A DNA stretch of 64,000 nucleotides from Antechinus flavipes (Eukaryota): assembly GCF_016432865.1 (NCBI RefSeq), contig NC_067398.1, positions 1,364,001 through 1,428,000 of the forward strand, written 5' to 3'. How positions within the stretch are numbered: position 1 is the stretch's first letter; each line of letters opens with the position of its first letter. Positions 32,090 to 46,100 of this stretch are shown here, piece by piece. A program made the position numbers and the translations under genes. A model generated the notes under the pieces. The model did not search any database. It worked only from the letters and a program-made list of their open reading frames with translations, and was not told the DNA's origin.

Positions 32090-35000
32090 AATCACCATTC
32101 TGCCCTCGTTCTCTCCGTGTCCCTGTCACTCGTTCTCTCATCCAAGTCTCCCGAGGAAAGGATTGGGAGCAAGCCCTGGCCCTGCCTCCCTTCTGATCAT
32201 CTCAGCTGAGCTGCAGACTCCAAGCTTGGACCCAGCGGTTTAAGGAAACAGCCTCGGGCACTGCCTCTGGCGCCCAGCGTGCCTCAGTTTGCTTGAATTT
32301 GGGGAACCACATCACAATGCAAATCCACGTTGAGCTTGCAGTCCACTGAAATCCCCGGATCTTTTTCCAGTTAGTCTATCAGTGTCTCCCCATCTTATAG
32401 TGAAGCTGGGCACAAGGGCAAGATTGCCCTTGATTTGTGCTGTGTCCCAGTGTTCGGGGCGGGGGGTCAGGATCTGTTTTGCCCTCTGCCTGTATAGTTT
32501 GTTGTCTGAAAGTGTGGTCAGCCCCGCAGCTAGACCTTTGTCCGAATCACTGCTGACAGGACGGGGTCCCGTGCAGATGCTCCTGTTGGGCGCTGACTGC
32601 GGGCACGACTCCCCAGGCCTGCACGTGGGGCCCGGGAGGTGATGGGCAATCTCAGAGAGAAACGCCATAGGGCGGCTGATTGACCCCCCTCCCAGGAGCA
32701 GCCGCAGTGTTCCCGAGCAGAGGTGGGGTGGGCCAGGCCGGGCAGACCGGGAGACGGCGGAAGCAGGGCCTGCAGCTGGCAAAGCCCCCCGGCCGGCAGG
32801 ACACAGAGCCCGGGTGGGAGCTCCAGGGCGAGTGTCGTGGCTCCCTCCGGCTCCGTCTCGGAGAGAGTGCCCAGGGGCGCTTCTCCCTCGGTGGAACGAC
32901 TCCCGACAGCTTTTGAATCAGATCCAGGTTCTCCAACTCCACCGCGTCTCTCGGGACTTTGATCTCATCTTTCCTGCAAACCAGTGCTCCAGCCGCTCTT
33001 CTGCAGCCCTACCCCACGGCCCTCCCAGGCCCCTCGGCGGCTCAGCGCCCCCTTTGGCCCTTCAGGCCACTGGCCCGCGACACTTTGCCGCTTCCATACC
33101 GTGGCTCCTGTTCTAGAGCTGCCCGGGTGACGTAGAACAAGCCCCGACATGGGAAGGTGCCCGTGGGAAGGGCGGCTTGGGGACGCTGATTTCCGTAGCT
33201 CCAGACCCATCGGGACCCGGTGAAATGGACTCGAGTCACCCTGCCCCCCGTCGGTGCCTCCTGTCAGTGGCGCGCTGGGTCTCGTGCCATCCCCAGATGT
33301 TTCTACTTTCTGTTGGGCTTTCAATCTGTGATTGTTTTTGAGATTAGCTATTACTCCGGGGAAATGTTGAAAAGTGACAGCTCTTAGAGGGAAAGGTTCA
33401 GCTGTTATACTCCCGTCCAAACGCTTAAGGCTATTTCAGGCTTGGATGTGTGGGTAGGTCAGGGTTTCATGGGTCCTTAAAGCCTCTAGTCACATGGAAG
33501 AACTGCTTCCTAGGGCAAAGGGACACGAGGCTGAAGATGGAAAAGAACCACCGACAAAAAAAGTTAATTAAAGGTAATAAAACCACGCCCGCAGCTAGAA
33601 CGGGCGACTGGAGGGCGACACAGTTGGTCCAAACTGCTGGGAGATGGAAGAACATTCAGCGGATTAAGCAATGCTGTGAAGAGGAAATATGTCAAGGGCA
33701 AGACAATATAAAGATCGGAGTTCTGACCACTGGGAGAAGAGACTTTTTCCTGACAAAATGTGTCCAAACTGTCATCTGGACCTTTAACCCAGAGGTCGAG
33801 GTGTCAAAACCGGCTTCTGTATGTGTTTTAGGCAGCTAGGGGGTACAATGGACAGAGCGGACTGTGACCCTGGACAATGAAAAGGCAATGGGACTTGTTC
33901 GCATTGTCTTTTCAGCTTCAATTCCCCCTGAAATAGGAGACTAATAGAAGCTACGCAGTGACATTGTGGTGAGGGTCGGTCAAATCAATCAGATGTAAAA
34001 TGGCTTTCCTTGCACCCCTTGAAGGGTTTTACTCAGCCTACAGAATCTGGGCATTTTCTGAAGAGGGAAAACATATTTAGGGGATATTTGTTATTTACGG
34101 TGGCTTGGAAGTCTTGCTTCCATTGAGAAAATGGCGATTTCTGATAAATTCTATCACGCTGCGAGAAGCGGGCTTTGGAGACGGAATTCTCAGACACCAT
34201 CTTCATTTCTGAAACGACCCTTCTTCTGAATCTCTTGCCTTGGATTGGCCATAGTGATGAAAATATCACCTTGAATTTCTTTCATTTTCTGTTCCCCTGG
34301 GAAAATTTCCCAATGCTTCCCAGAGTCCCTCTGGAAGCATCATTTGTGAGCTTCCTATCCTCCAACTTTGGAGAAGGAGTGAGTAGTTTTGAACACTGGC
34401 TCTGCTCTTCTTTGTGTGCTGGTGGGTGAACGCCTTCCCCTCTCTGGATTTGTTTCCTCATTCTGCCTAATGGGGATTTGGCGAGCTGATGTCTAAGTTG
34501 CTTTCTAGTTCCCCAAACTGCCTGTACTCTGCCAACCTTATGAAGTAGGTAGAGCAGCTATAATCATCCTCATTTTGTTGATGAGATAAGTGTAGTGTAA
34601 TTGCCCAAACTGAATGATTCTCCTGACTAAGATGTACGCAGATTCACATTAAACGCTTCTGGAGCCACTTGCTGCTGAGCTCATTAGGTGGGAGGAAATA
34701 GGTACGGTGTTACCTTTGGAGTCAGTCCTTAATGTGGCTCTGCTTCGGAGAACTCATAAAACCCCAGAGCATCTCGCGTTGACTCATGAGCAATCTGGGA
34801 GTGACTAAAAGCCTCTCAACAGGAAGGCTGTCTCATCCGCCTCCCGAGAAAAAGGTCCATGACCTATTCCTGCTACCTCCATGGCTGGGCCACTGGGCCC
34901 CCAGTACCCATGAAATGTGGAGGGAAACTTGTCTTAAAAACCACTCAGTGGCAATTGTTAATGCTTCTTGCTGTCAAAGCAGCTCCCCCCAAAGGAGGAG

Positions 35001-36169
35001 GGGCAAATGGGACACAGGGGCAGCTGATGGGAGTATGGGATTGGGAAGAGGGATTTTTAGTCCTGTGGACTGTTTGTGAATGAAGTTGCCCCCAAAGTAG
35101 GATTTTTAAAAGAGAGCACTAGAAGGTCTGTTCTTTTGCATTGCACTCATCCTTACTTTGCTGTATCAGCTAAGTTGGGGATTTATTGAGCCTGGGAGAC
35201 TGGCTCCACATGAGCTTCTTTGGGGTGGGATAAAGAAGTGTGGTCGGCAGAGTGGATGGAGGTCAGACTTGGAGAAAATCACATCTGGCTTGTTCAAAGC
35301 CTCGACCTCTATCTGGCCTCCTACAGTTTGTTCAATTCCATGCCCACTTATTAAAAACCTACTCCAATAAGACTAAATCTGAGTCAGAAAACACAAAGGA
35401 AGCAATCTCCACTTCACAAATGCTTGGTGAGTGCATGAAGAGGACCCAGGAACCAGCCAGGAGTTGGCGAGCTCAGGAAGGCAGAAGGTACAGAGGGAGG
35501 GGAAGAGATCCCAGGTCCAAGCCTTGGGGAGTGCTTATGGTCCTAATCCATGATAATATGGATAAAGATCCAGCAAGGGAGACTGAGGAAGGTAGATAGG
35601 AGGGAAGAGAACCAAGAGGGAGAAATGGCTCAGAAGAGGAGGGTCATTGCAGCTGACACCTTCATGAGCATCTTCAAGGGGGACCAAGATTGAGAGGAAA
35701 GACGGTCTGAAATGGTTCATCTCATCTTATCACTGTATTTCTTTCCCTTTGGTGGGAGGAAACTTTCATTAGATGTGGCCCAGAGAACACCCTTTAAGAT
35801 ACCATGCCGGAAAACCCTAGAGTCCTATTATTTCACCTAAAAAAGTCTTTTCTTTTGGGATTATTCCCCTAAGACCCGACTCATCAAGATTGCTTGGTTT
35901 ATGAGGAGTTTGTTTTTCTTCCCAGAAAGGAAGCTTGCTCAGTCATCCACTCAAAGTAAGTCAGCCCTAAATTTCATTAGAGGGAAGCTGAGCTGGCTGA
36001 AAAGGAGTTGGGTCCGCGGGCGGTTGGCTGTGCCAGCCACCCCCGCGGAAGGCACAGGGACCTTGCCTAGCAATTCAGAGCGCACCCGGTGGGGCTGTTT
36101 TATTGTCTTCATTAAGCCCATCAATGGTCACCAGCAGTGAGGCCCCATTAAAACAACATAGAAGCAGAA

Positions 36170-37558
36170 AGGTAGATCAACAGAAAAGAGCAGACACAAC
36201 CCACAGCAGCAAATAAACATTATAATCTTGCTTCTGACAAGGGTAAAGACGAGATTTTGGACTAAGAATTCATTATTTGGCAAAAACCATTAGGAAAACT
36301 GGAAAGTGGTACGGCAGAAACAGGACATTGACCAATATCTTACACCATTTACCAAGATAAGGTCAATTTGGATACGTGGCCTAGATAGAAAGAGAGATTT
36401 TACAAGAAAATTAAAAGAACGTGTTATGCATCAGACTTATGGGCAGGTGGATAAATGAGAAATAGAGAGCACATTGGTATGCAATGGATAATTTAGATGA
36501 CATTACGTTAAAAAGGTTTGTACAAATAAAACAAATGTAGCCAAGATTGGAAGGAAAGCAGAAAATTGGAAAAGGATTTATAGGCAGTTTATCAGATAAA
36601 AGTCTAATAACTAAAATATATATAAAGAACTTTGTCAAGTCTATAAAAATATGAGTCATTCCATAATTGATAAATGGTCAAAGGGTGTGAACTGGCAGTT
36701 TTCCGATGAAGAAATCAAAACAATTTCTAGTCATATAAAATCCCTCTAAATCAATATTGATTAGAGAAATGCAGATTAAATTATCATTTTATACCTACCT
36801 GATTGACTAAAATGATGGAAGGGGAAAGGGGCTAATGTTGGGGAAAATTGAAAAAACTGGACACTAATTGTTAGTGGAAATGTGAATTGGTTCAACCATT
36901 TTGGAGAACAATCTGTAATTATGCACAGAGTTATCAAATTGCCTATACCCTTTAACCTAGCAATACCACAGGCCTATTTCCAAAGATGATTAGGGAAAAA
37001 GGAAAAGAGCCCATATGTTCTAAAATGTTCAAAGCAACTCTCGTTATGGTGGCAGAGAACTAGAAATTTTAGGAATGACTGACCAAGCTGTGGTATATGA
37101 TTATAATGGAATACAACTGTGCTGGAAGAAATGATGAGCTTAGAAAAATGTGGAAAGACTTGCACAACCTAATGAAGAGTAAAATGAACAGAACCAGGAG
37201 AACATTGTATATAGTAACAGCAATGTCATTTTAAGAGCAAATAAATTATTTTGCTATTATAGATACCCAAATTATATAAAATACCTGATTATATCAAAAT
37301 ACACTATAAAGGATATACGAAGAAAGCTGCATCCAAAGAAGGAACTGACAGATGTATAGAATAACTTTATACATACACCTATACATATATGTGTGTATGT
37401 ATACAGATACCTATCTTTTTGTATCCAATGATAGCCATCTCTAGAAGGGGGGCAGGGAAGAAAAAAGAAGTTTCCACGATAATTTTGTTGTGTAAAAGGA
37501 ATAACAAGATGTACATAGTAGATTGCTCATGCACGACCATCTTTTTATTGTACTATTT
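36170..37558 (+). mobile_element. Older degraded L1 (ORF2 3' part and 3'UTR)
   Basis: L1-like motifs, e.g. ATAAATGGTCAAAGG...GATGAAGAAATCAAA, TTAGAGAAATGCAGATTAAA and GGAAAGACTTGCACAACCTAATG. Confidence 0.75.
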
Positions 37559-38126
37559 TGTGGTGATCTTTTTCTTCTTTTAAATATAATATATAAGATG
37601 ATGATTCTCTCTGGGGGGCAGAGCAGGTTTCTCGGGGAGGTTTTCTTGAAGGCAGTCTTAGTTGCAGTTGAAAGTAATAATCACCCAAACGCAGCCAGGT
37701 GATAAAATGCAAATGTTTATTTCTCCTTCCAAGTCTTGTCTCTTTCCTTGGGCCTGGATAGCTAGATTCTTAGAGGCCTATTTCTCTGCTCAGTTCTGAG
37801 AGCTCCTGCAGATTGTCCTTTGCTTCTGCCTCTGCTTTCTTCAGCCTCCAATCCAGCTCCACTCTTCATGTAATTCCACTGAAATCTATCGGAGAGCCTC
37901 TGTCTGTTTCTTTTATACGAGAGAGAGGAATTGTGGGATATGAGAGAGAGGGATTATGGGTTTCTTCCCAGAGTGCTCTCTGGCCCTAAGAGCTTCAAGG
38001 GAGGTGTGAATTCACAAAGTTACACAGTTAACTTTGTGAACTCCCATACTTGTGGACTCCAATGAGTAAAGGTGTGAACACAAGCATTGTATCAATTAGT
38101 TCTACTTAGTCCCTTGTATATATACA
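37559..38126 (-). mobile_element. Solo ERV LTR (about 568 bp), same family as 21383-21939
   Basis: The minus strand shares the blocks TATAAAAGAAACAGACAGAGGCTCTC, GGAGGCTGAAG.AAGCAGAG..AGAAGCAAAGGACAA and GAAAACCTCCCCGAGAAACCTGC. AATAAA on the minus strand at 37716-37721. Confidence 0.75.
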
Positions 38127-38581
38127 TATCCATACAGTTATTTTGCTTCACAAGAAAAATCGGACTTAGAAATAAGATAAAATTAACCTGAGAAGGAAAT
38201 GAAAAATGCAAGCAGACAAAAACAGAGGAAGTGGAAATGCCATGTTGTGGTTCACACTTATTTCCCAGGGTTCTTTCTCTGGGTGAAGCTGGTTCTCTTC
38301 ATTATTGAACAAATGGAACTGATTTAATTCATCTCATTGTTGAAGAGGGCCATATCCATCAGAATTGATCATCATATAGTATTGTTGTTGAAGTATATAA
38401 TGATCTCTGGTCCTGCTCATTTCACTCAGCATCAGTTCATGAAAGTCTCCCCAGGCCTCTATGAAATCTTCCTGCTGATCATTTTTTACAGAACAATAAT
38501 ATTCCATAATATTCATATACCACAACTTATTCAGCCATTCTCCAATTGATGGGCATCCATTCAATTTCCAGTTTCTAGCCA
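38127..38581 (-). mobile_element. L1 3' fragment
   Basis: ORF 38334-38582 reads ARNWKLNGCPSIGEWLNKLWYMNIMEYYCSVKNDQQ. Confidence 0.88.
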
Positions 38582-38739
38582 TTTATTGTACTATTTTTCT
38601 GTGAATGAAAAATAAAATAAAAAACAATAACAACATAGTGTTAAGATTTGGGATGGATTTATTTAAGTAGGATCTTTCTCTGAGGCCCCATCTTCCAGGA
38701 GTCCTCCAGCACCCCTGGGCACTAGCTAAGTGGTCAGAC

Positions 38740-39260
38740 AACATATGGAAAGATAGCGAGATAGAAAGATGGGTAGATGAGTAACTAAGCAGGTTGGCAA
38801 GTAGAAAGATAATGGAGAGAGCAATTGATAAATACAAATAGTTATATGGTTTCATAATTTGATGTGTGGATAGAGAGCAACAGATAGTTGGAGATTAGGT
38901 AAGCTAGATATGGATGGTTAGAGAGAAAGAGAGATAAACAAATATGTAGGGGAGTCTGGTGTCTTCCTAGACCTCCCAAAATGGCATCACTCACATGAAA
39001 TATTCTCAAAACCTTCAATGTAAATTGTTTGTAGAGCCAATAAATGGATCAGTAAAGATAGAGGGAGAGGTTCACAGACATATAAATGGATGGATAGATA
39101 CATACGTAAATGTATAAACAGAGGTATATCAAGAGAAAGATGGGAAACATAAATAAATGGACAGATGGATAAAGACAGTTGGTTTGATGTAGACATGGAT
39201 GATTAGACAGATAGACACGTGTGAATTGATGGACAAACAGATGGACAAGTATGCAGGTAG
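38740..39260. repeat. Degenerate purine-rich (GATA/GATG)-like simple repeat region
   Basis: Recurrent gatagatg/atagata/ggacagatgga motifs. Confidence 0.55.
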
Positions 39261-41462
39261 GCAGGTATCCCTGCAAAGGCATCCTGGGTCAATCAATGGT
39301 CCAAAAGCTAGGTGTCTACCAGGTAAAAGAGAAAGCAATGGGAATTCTCAGGGAAATAAAGAATATGTTGTTTTCTGCTTCTGCTTTCCTTTGAACCAGT
39401 TTCCATGGGGATAGAGGCCTGAGAAAGAAACCTGGTTCCCTATTGTAGTCCCAGAGAAGACTGTCTAGAGACATTGATGCCATCTGTCTTTCTCCTCATT
39501 TATACTAAGGTATATGACTGCTAACCCCACTCTACCTCCACCCTGCATATTCTCAGTGATGTTTACTTTTTTCCATTCTTTAAAAAAATTGATGCTTTCT
39601 CATATTTCACTCACTTCCCCCCTTCTTTTACCCAGCAAGTCTTCCTTTGTAACACAGATTTAAAAATTAAAATACAGACCCCTAAAATTTGGGAAAACCG
39701 ACCACACATTAGCTAAGTTAGACACATGGTTCCCCACTTTCTCAGGGAAGGGGAGATAGTAGGTTTCCTCCATTCTTCTCAAGTGTCAAGTTTGGTCATC
39801 ATAATCATGCAATCTGTGGTTTGGTGGCTGTTGGGGCCATCACAGTGCACAGTGTTTTCCTTACTTCTCTCTGCATCAGTGCATAGAAGTTTTCCAATGT
39901 ACCTCAACTTTTGCCAGTGTATTGAGTGGGAAATAAAATGTAACACCACAAAACTATCTGGATCTTTTAGCAGATGGACTAGCTGCACCTCTGCTATCCT
40001 GTACTTGTAAAACTGATTTTTGGACCTATACAGAAGATTTCCCACCTATTGAACCATTAGAAAATCCCACTGATTTCATATTAGATACAACCCAAACCTA
40101 CAGCCTGTGAAACCTGGCTTTTTTGGTTAGTATGTTTGTTTCTTTCTCTTTTTATCAATTGCTAGTTCTTCTGTATGTCATCCAAATCACTGATAGAAAT
40201 TTTAAATAGCAGGTCAAATGTAGGGCTCGAAGACACTTTACTATTAACCAACAATCAATCAACCACCCAACCATCTTTTCCAAACTGACATTAAGTTATT
40301 GGCAGGTATTCTTTGGGGTTAGCTATCCAGGTGGCTATTAGTCTAATCGAACTATCATTTAATTCACATCCCTGTACTTATTCTACATGAAGAGCATGAA
40401 ATACTTGATTTTGCTAAAAATCTCGGTAAACTATATTTACACCTTTCTCCATTCTCTCTTGTAACTGTCTCTTTTCCATCCTCTCTTCCTCCTTCCCTCC
40501 TTGCGTCTCTCTGTTTCTCCCTCCCTTCCTCCCTTCTTCCTTCTCTTTCTCTCTCTGTGCCTCTGTTTGTCTCTGTCATCTTAAGTCTTTTCTTTTAGAC
40601 CTTAGACATGTCTATTCCTCCTCTATTCTTCCTTGAGATCCTGCCTTCATGTCTGTCACTGACAATTCATCTTCTCTGATCCTTAGTTTTCCAGTCCATG
40701 GATAGAGGGGTTTAGTTCCAGACCTCTGAAGCCCCGTGCAGCTGGGAATCTATGAGTGTCGTCATCTCTAAGAAAGTGGGGTCGATGTCAGCAAGGGACA
40801 AATGGACATGGGAGACCTTGACCCCATCAGACAGAGCTCCTTCCAGCCCGAGGCACCCTGTGACCCAGGGAGATTTCAGAAGGATGAGGTGCACCCACCT
40901 TCTGCCTCTCAGCCAACTCCAAGGTCTTCCTGCCCAGAGACACCGGCCTACTGTTCCCAGGACCTGCTCACTGCCTCGTGCTCTGGGGAATTGAGGCTAC
41001 TTCTCAGTTCCACCTTTCATTCAAATGCTCCATTTTGCCCTCATAGACATTTCCCTGAGACAGGATCTGTGAGTGCAACCCCAACCAGTCTCTCCCATTT
41101 CTGCCCTGACCACTCGTCAGCTCTACTAAAATGGCTTCTGGATCGTTACCTCCCTCCAGGCTTTTTTCTACCTTCCCACTGGTCCGCAGCCTTGTTAGCA
41201 ATGGCCCTCGAGGCTTGGATGCCCAAGAAAAGGGCTTGCTCCCAACTACAAAGGCTCATGGCAGAGCTGGCCATCAGGCTGCTCATTGTGGAGTGAAATA
41301 TGGCACGAGGCAGGGTTCTACACTCGGCATTAAATGGACTTTAGTTGATCTGTGGATCCGTGTGCACTTATTAAGCACCTGCTCTGTAAAGGCACTGAGT
41401 TAGTTATAGCCTGAGAATTAAGAGAGTACCCTTAGAAGCTTACCTTCTTATGGGGGGGGGGA

Positions 41463-41808
41463 NNNNNNNNNNNNNNNNNNNNNNNNNNNNNNNNNNNNNN
41501 NNNNNNNNNNNNNNNNNNNNNNNNNNNNNNNNNNNNNNNNNNNNNNNNNNNNNNNNNNNNNNNNNNNNNNNNNNNNNNNNNNNNNNNNNNNNNNNNNNNN
41601 NNNNNNNNNNNNNNNNNNNNNNNNNNNNNNNNNNNNNNNNNNNNNNNNNNNNNNNNNNNNNNNNNNNNNNNNNNNNNNNNNNNNNNNNNNNNNNNNNNNN
41701 NNNNNNNNNNNNNNNNNNNNNNNNNNNNNNNNNNNNNNNNNNNNNNNNNNNNNNNNNNNNNNNNNNNNNNNNNNNNNNNNNNNNNNNNNNNNNNNNNNNN
41801 NNNNNNNN
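41463..41808. other. N-run (gap or mask); others at 2118-3459 (five runs), 19786-20047, 26950-27178, 51130-51296 and 58948-59250
   Basis: Directly visible. Most abut simple repeats, which fits short-read gaps or hard-masking. Confidence 0.95.
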
Positions 41809-42979
41809 AGACACACCCTTCCCATTTTAAATTTTCCCTTTTTATAAACATTGCTTAGGGTGTCAGCCTGTTTTGGGTCATGATGAATTTGATTGCTTTG
41901 AGGAGGTGTACAGACCTTGATTATACTCAGCTTTGGTTTCTTGACTCAATCCCAAAGCATTTTTGTCATGAAAGCCAAATTGGGGGTAGTCTTAACTACC
42001 TTATACTAGGAGGTTTAGGAGTCCCTGGATTGGATCTGTCCTCAGCCCTTGGGGTAATGGTCTCAGCACCCCTGGTGTTGTTGTTTTGGCCTCCCACTTT
42101 GTTCCAACATGGATTCAGCTCAGATCTTCTGAAGGCTCTATCAGATTCATCTCAGCATGTTCCATGTTAGCTCGCTAGTCTTGTGTTCCTTCTTGGGAAT
42201 CAAGGTTAGTTCCACCCTTAAGACTCTATTTGTGCATTCATGTGTAAATGCACTTATTTTAGGAGATGGGTGTGAAGGTGGATGAAGAGGTCGAACCCAA
42301 GCACAGAGAAAGCTTGATTCAAGGATGGGAAAAATGATGCTAATACAAGAACAAAGGAACTTAAAATGGTCCACAAAGGTCTGGGTTTGATGCTTCTGTG
42401 GAGTTGGAAAGGTTCGGGGAGAGCCCAGCAGTTTGGCCATAAGGTGGGAATTCCTCAACTGTTGGGACTGATGCAACCAAAAGAGACACAAAAGAGACAA
42501 TGACCACTGTCCCGTGGGACCATGTTCCTTCTTCATCAGCAATGAATTCTGTCATCCAGGGGAAAGAGGGCAGGGTAGGGGATGAATCCCTTTCTCCCTT
42601 TTTTGGATTTGTATAAATGTGTTGATATAATCCGGCAAGGAGGTGGCAGCCCTGTATGGAGAGGGGAAGACAGATGGATGGTGGGGGTACCTACACCTAC
42701 ATAATGAGAAAAAGGCCCCCAAGCCTTGCAAGAGTCTGTGGAGGAGATTTGTTGGAAGACAACAGGAATCATCCAGAATGAGAAGGTGGAGAGGGGTCCC
42801 AGTCTGCGCAGGTGAAGGCTGTGCCCACACCACCCCCTTGCAATCAGGGCCCATTGAAGCATTGCAGCAATACACTTTTAAGAGCAGGGTTACAGAAAGA
42901 TCAGCACAATTTAGAAACTCATTAAATTAATACTGGGCTCACAAAATGAATCAGGTACAAGATGAGAATCCTAAAATCA

Positions 42980-43110
42980 TTGATTTAGAGCTGGGAGATG
43001 ACAGATGAGGAACCTGAGGTAGAAGTGCAGTGACTTCTTCAGAGTCACACAGCTAATAAGTCTCTGAGGTGGGATTTGAACACAGACCTTCCTGATTCCA
43101 AGTCTACTCT
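42980..43110 (-). mobile_element. MIR/CORE-SINE fragment
   Basis: ACAGATGAGGAACCTGAGG...CAGAGTCACACAGCTAATAAG...GGATTTGAAC. Confidence 0.7.
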
Positions 43111-46100
43111 GACACACTGATCCTTACTCAACAGTAGTTTGAAAAAGATCTGTGAGTTTGACTGACTGACTGAAGAGATGTATTAAGCACTTACTATGTA
43201 CCAAATCCTATGGTAAGTACTGGGGGGGCACAAATGCAAGAGTGAGACAGCTTCTACCCACCATCAGGGGGAGGTAGGATCTCTAAATAGAGTTGTGGTC
43301 TGGCAAGTCACCGAGGTGATGAGGCAGCCCCAAGATGTACACTTTCCAGAGGCACTGGTGGTGATGGAACAAGAGATAGAGAGCAGGGGCAGGGAGGGGA
43401 AGGCTTCTGGATGAGGGTAGAGAGGCTCGGGCTGCAAGCTCCCTGGGAGTCAGCAGATGGTCAACGTTTAGGTAAGTCTGGGCTAGAACAAAGATACAGC
43501 CCCCAGAGGCTGGAGGGGAAGATCCCAGCACTCCCTGCTTTGGTCAGACCACAGAGGATTTCAGTTCTAGGCACCTCGGTCCAAGAAGACATCCCTGTGC
43601 TGGAGAGGGTCCAAATAATGATGGGAACCTTGAGTCCGTGATCCCTGAAGATCTGTTGATTAAATCAGGCATGTTCTTGGAGAAGAGAATGTTTAAGAGG
43701 GACGGTTTCTTGACTTTGGCCCCTTGGAGCAATGGACAGAAAATCAGTAAGAGGGAAAGGAAAATTTATTACAAAGAAAACCCTCCAAGCTTCTGGCACT
43801 GTCCATGGTGGGAGGCGCTGTCCAAGGTGAGGGCTCTGTCCAAGGTGGGAGGTGCTGTCCAAGGTGGAAGGCAGGCTGGGAGATGGTGGGCTCCTCCTCC
43901 CGGGAGAGCTCCAGTAGGGGGCTGAGTGTCCATACCTAGATATTCTAGGCAGGGATTCACTTCTGGGCACCAGGGGCTGCTGAAGCCCCTTCCAAGTCTG
44001 GGAGAGACAGAAGGAAGAAGGATTCACTGCTACCCCTCCTCCAGCCATCAGTTTTTGAGCTGCTCCAGGTCCTTCTGCCTCCTTCACTTGCTGGCTCCCT
44101 TCTCCTTTCATTTGAGCTGTGATTGTTCCCCAAGGCTTAGAACTCAGCCATCTGTTTGCTTTCATACTCTGGGAACTGATCCTGACTCACGTTCTCTGCT
44201 CTCGCTTCTGTGTTCATGACACTCATTTCAGTGAGTTCCCTCCCCTTCCTTGTCTCCATTTCCCCAAGACACCTTCCTACGGGGACTGCCCCCCCACCCG
44301 CCCTGACCAATCCCAAGCTGCCCTCTGCATAATCTCCTCCAAAGGGGCCCCTCCCAGCTTCCTGAGCAGGAAGTCATTATTCTGCTCACCCACAAAGGAG
44401 TCTTGGGAGCCATGCGTCCCGCCCCTCCTCCCAATATCCAGCCAGTCACAAAGTATTGATTTACACACGTGAATGTCTGTGCTTCTCCCCATTCCCCCAC
44501 CTCTCAGTTTAAGGCCCTGAGCCTCCTGGCATTGTTGGTCCTCGAGCCTCTCAGTTAGCTGGGCTTAGAGTTCTCTGTTCTCAGTTCCCAGGTACTCTGT
44601 ATCTCTGTACTCGGGTAGAACGCCGGGGGCTTTTCCCCAGGGCTGCACCTTACAGGGTGCTGCTGTACTTGCACATCGACAGCTAGAAACAACTGAACTT
44701 TGCCCCTGTTGTCAAAGATGTCAGATGGGAATGTATGCCCAAGTAGCTTCCCCTGCTCCCCACCTCTAAGTGTCCCCAGGATTTCCCCCCCGCCCGTCCC
44801 TGAAGTTACCACCCAAAGCTGGATGTCTGGATGTTTCTTTCCTGGGAAGGGGCAAACATGGCTCGGCTGATCCCCGATTACCCTTCTCTGCCAATGCTGC
44901 TGTGCCTGCCGGGGTCAGGGGCAGTCCCCTCTTTTCTTCCATGCCCAGGGGGGCATTTCCTAGAAGCTGTTCACAGGGAACAGAGACTGTCTACACCAGA
45001 GCCAGGCCCATGGAATTGGAGATAAACTAAAGCTGCCTTGGGACCAGCCTGGGGCTGCCCAAGCTTTTGGGTGATTCTAGGTCAGGGTCTTTCTGGGCTT
45101 GGTTTGGGAGACTGTTATGTTCCTTTATGGCCACTTCAGGGCCAGGACAGCCCTCCTGATTCTGGAGTGTCAGTGGCTCCTCCCCTTCCTCACTGTTGGC
45201 ACCCGCTCAGCTGAGCAGGCAGCCTCTTCATTGTGGTGGGCACATAATCCTATACCTGGGTCCCTTATCCTGGCATTCAGGGCCCTCCCAGAGCTAGCCT
45301 TGCATCCCCCACTAAGCCCTGAGGCTTAGTCCCACTACCCTCCAGCCAAGGCCCTTCTTTATCCCCCGGACTTCTGGCTTCCCACAGGGTGGCCATCCCA
45401 AGCCCAGGCTGAGTGTCTGCTGTGGCTCTGTCCCCATGAGCCAGCACATCAGGCAGGTGAGTCAAGCCCTTCTTTTCTTCTTGGAGCTGGGGGTGATGCA
45501 GAGCCAGGCTCTTTGCAGCGCTTTGGAGTCAGTGCTCCCAGGGAATCCGAGTGGAAATACTCTGCAACGTTTGGCTGGCACTTAGGAGAGGCTGTGCCTC
45601 CGGACCCCGGTTCCCCAGGGGCCGCCCTCCCCAGGGCCGGTTCTCAGCCTGCTGCAGAGTGGGGAGCCACGGCCGGCTTTTCCTGCCTTTCCTGTGAATT
45701 TTGCTCTCCGGCAGCATTAGCTAAACCTGTCACAAGGTTTTTGCCTTCGACACACTTCCACACGCGCTCCATCTTCTCTGGCTGATGACATCCGCCACAC
45801 TTCTGCGGAATTCTATCTCCCTGGCCCGGGTTTTCCACCTGGAGATCTTGCCCTGGGATGCAGCCTGGCCGTGATGCTCGGCCCCGGACGTGGCTGGTCC
45901 ACGCAGATCGGTCACTGTTTTGTGGGGATGGTTTTTGCCTTCTTAGAAACCCCCTGCCCACCCCACCCCCTTCTTGCTGAGCCCCTGTCCCTAACCCTGG
46001 GCTGCCTCTAGGGAGGGGGATTTCCTTCCCAGGGAGACTTTGGAGACCCTGGGAGTTCTCTTTCTAAAGCCACAGGGGGCCGGGGGCTCATGGCCGCCAG

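Noticed and set aside
33450-33839. 129-aa + strand ORF downstream of TAPBPL
   Set aside because: Starts at a non-ATG codon, has no recognisable domain and ends at a SINE-head-like remnant.
40712-42555. Protein-like minus-strand ORFs (…LADIDPTFLEMTTLIDSQLHG…; …GTVVIVSFVSLLVASV…)
   Set aside because: No recognisable family and no convincing chain of splice sites. A tBLASTx conservation test would be needed to revive them.
44701-44736. CPCCQRCQMGMY, a TNFR-like cysteine motif
   Set aside because: An isolated short motif with no further cysteine-rich-domain spacing, suitable splice phase or signal exon.
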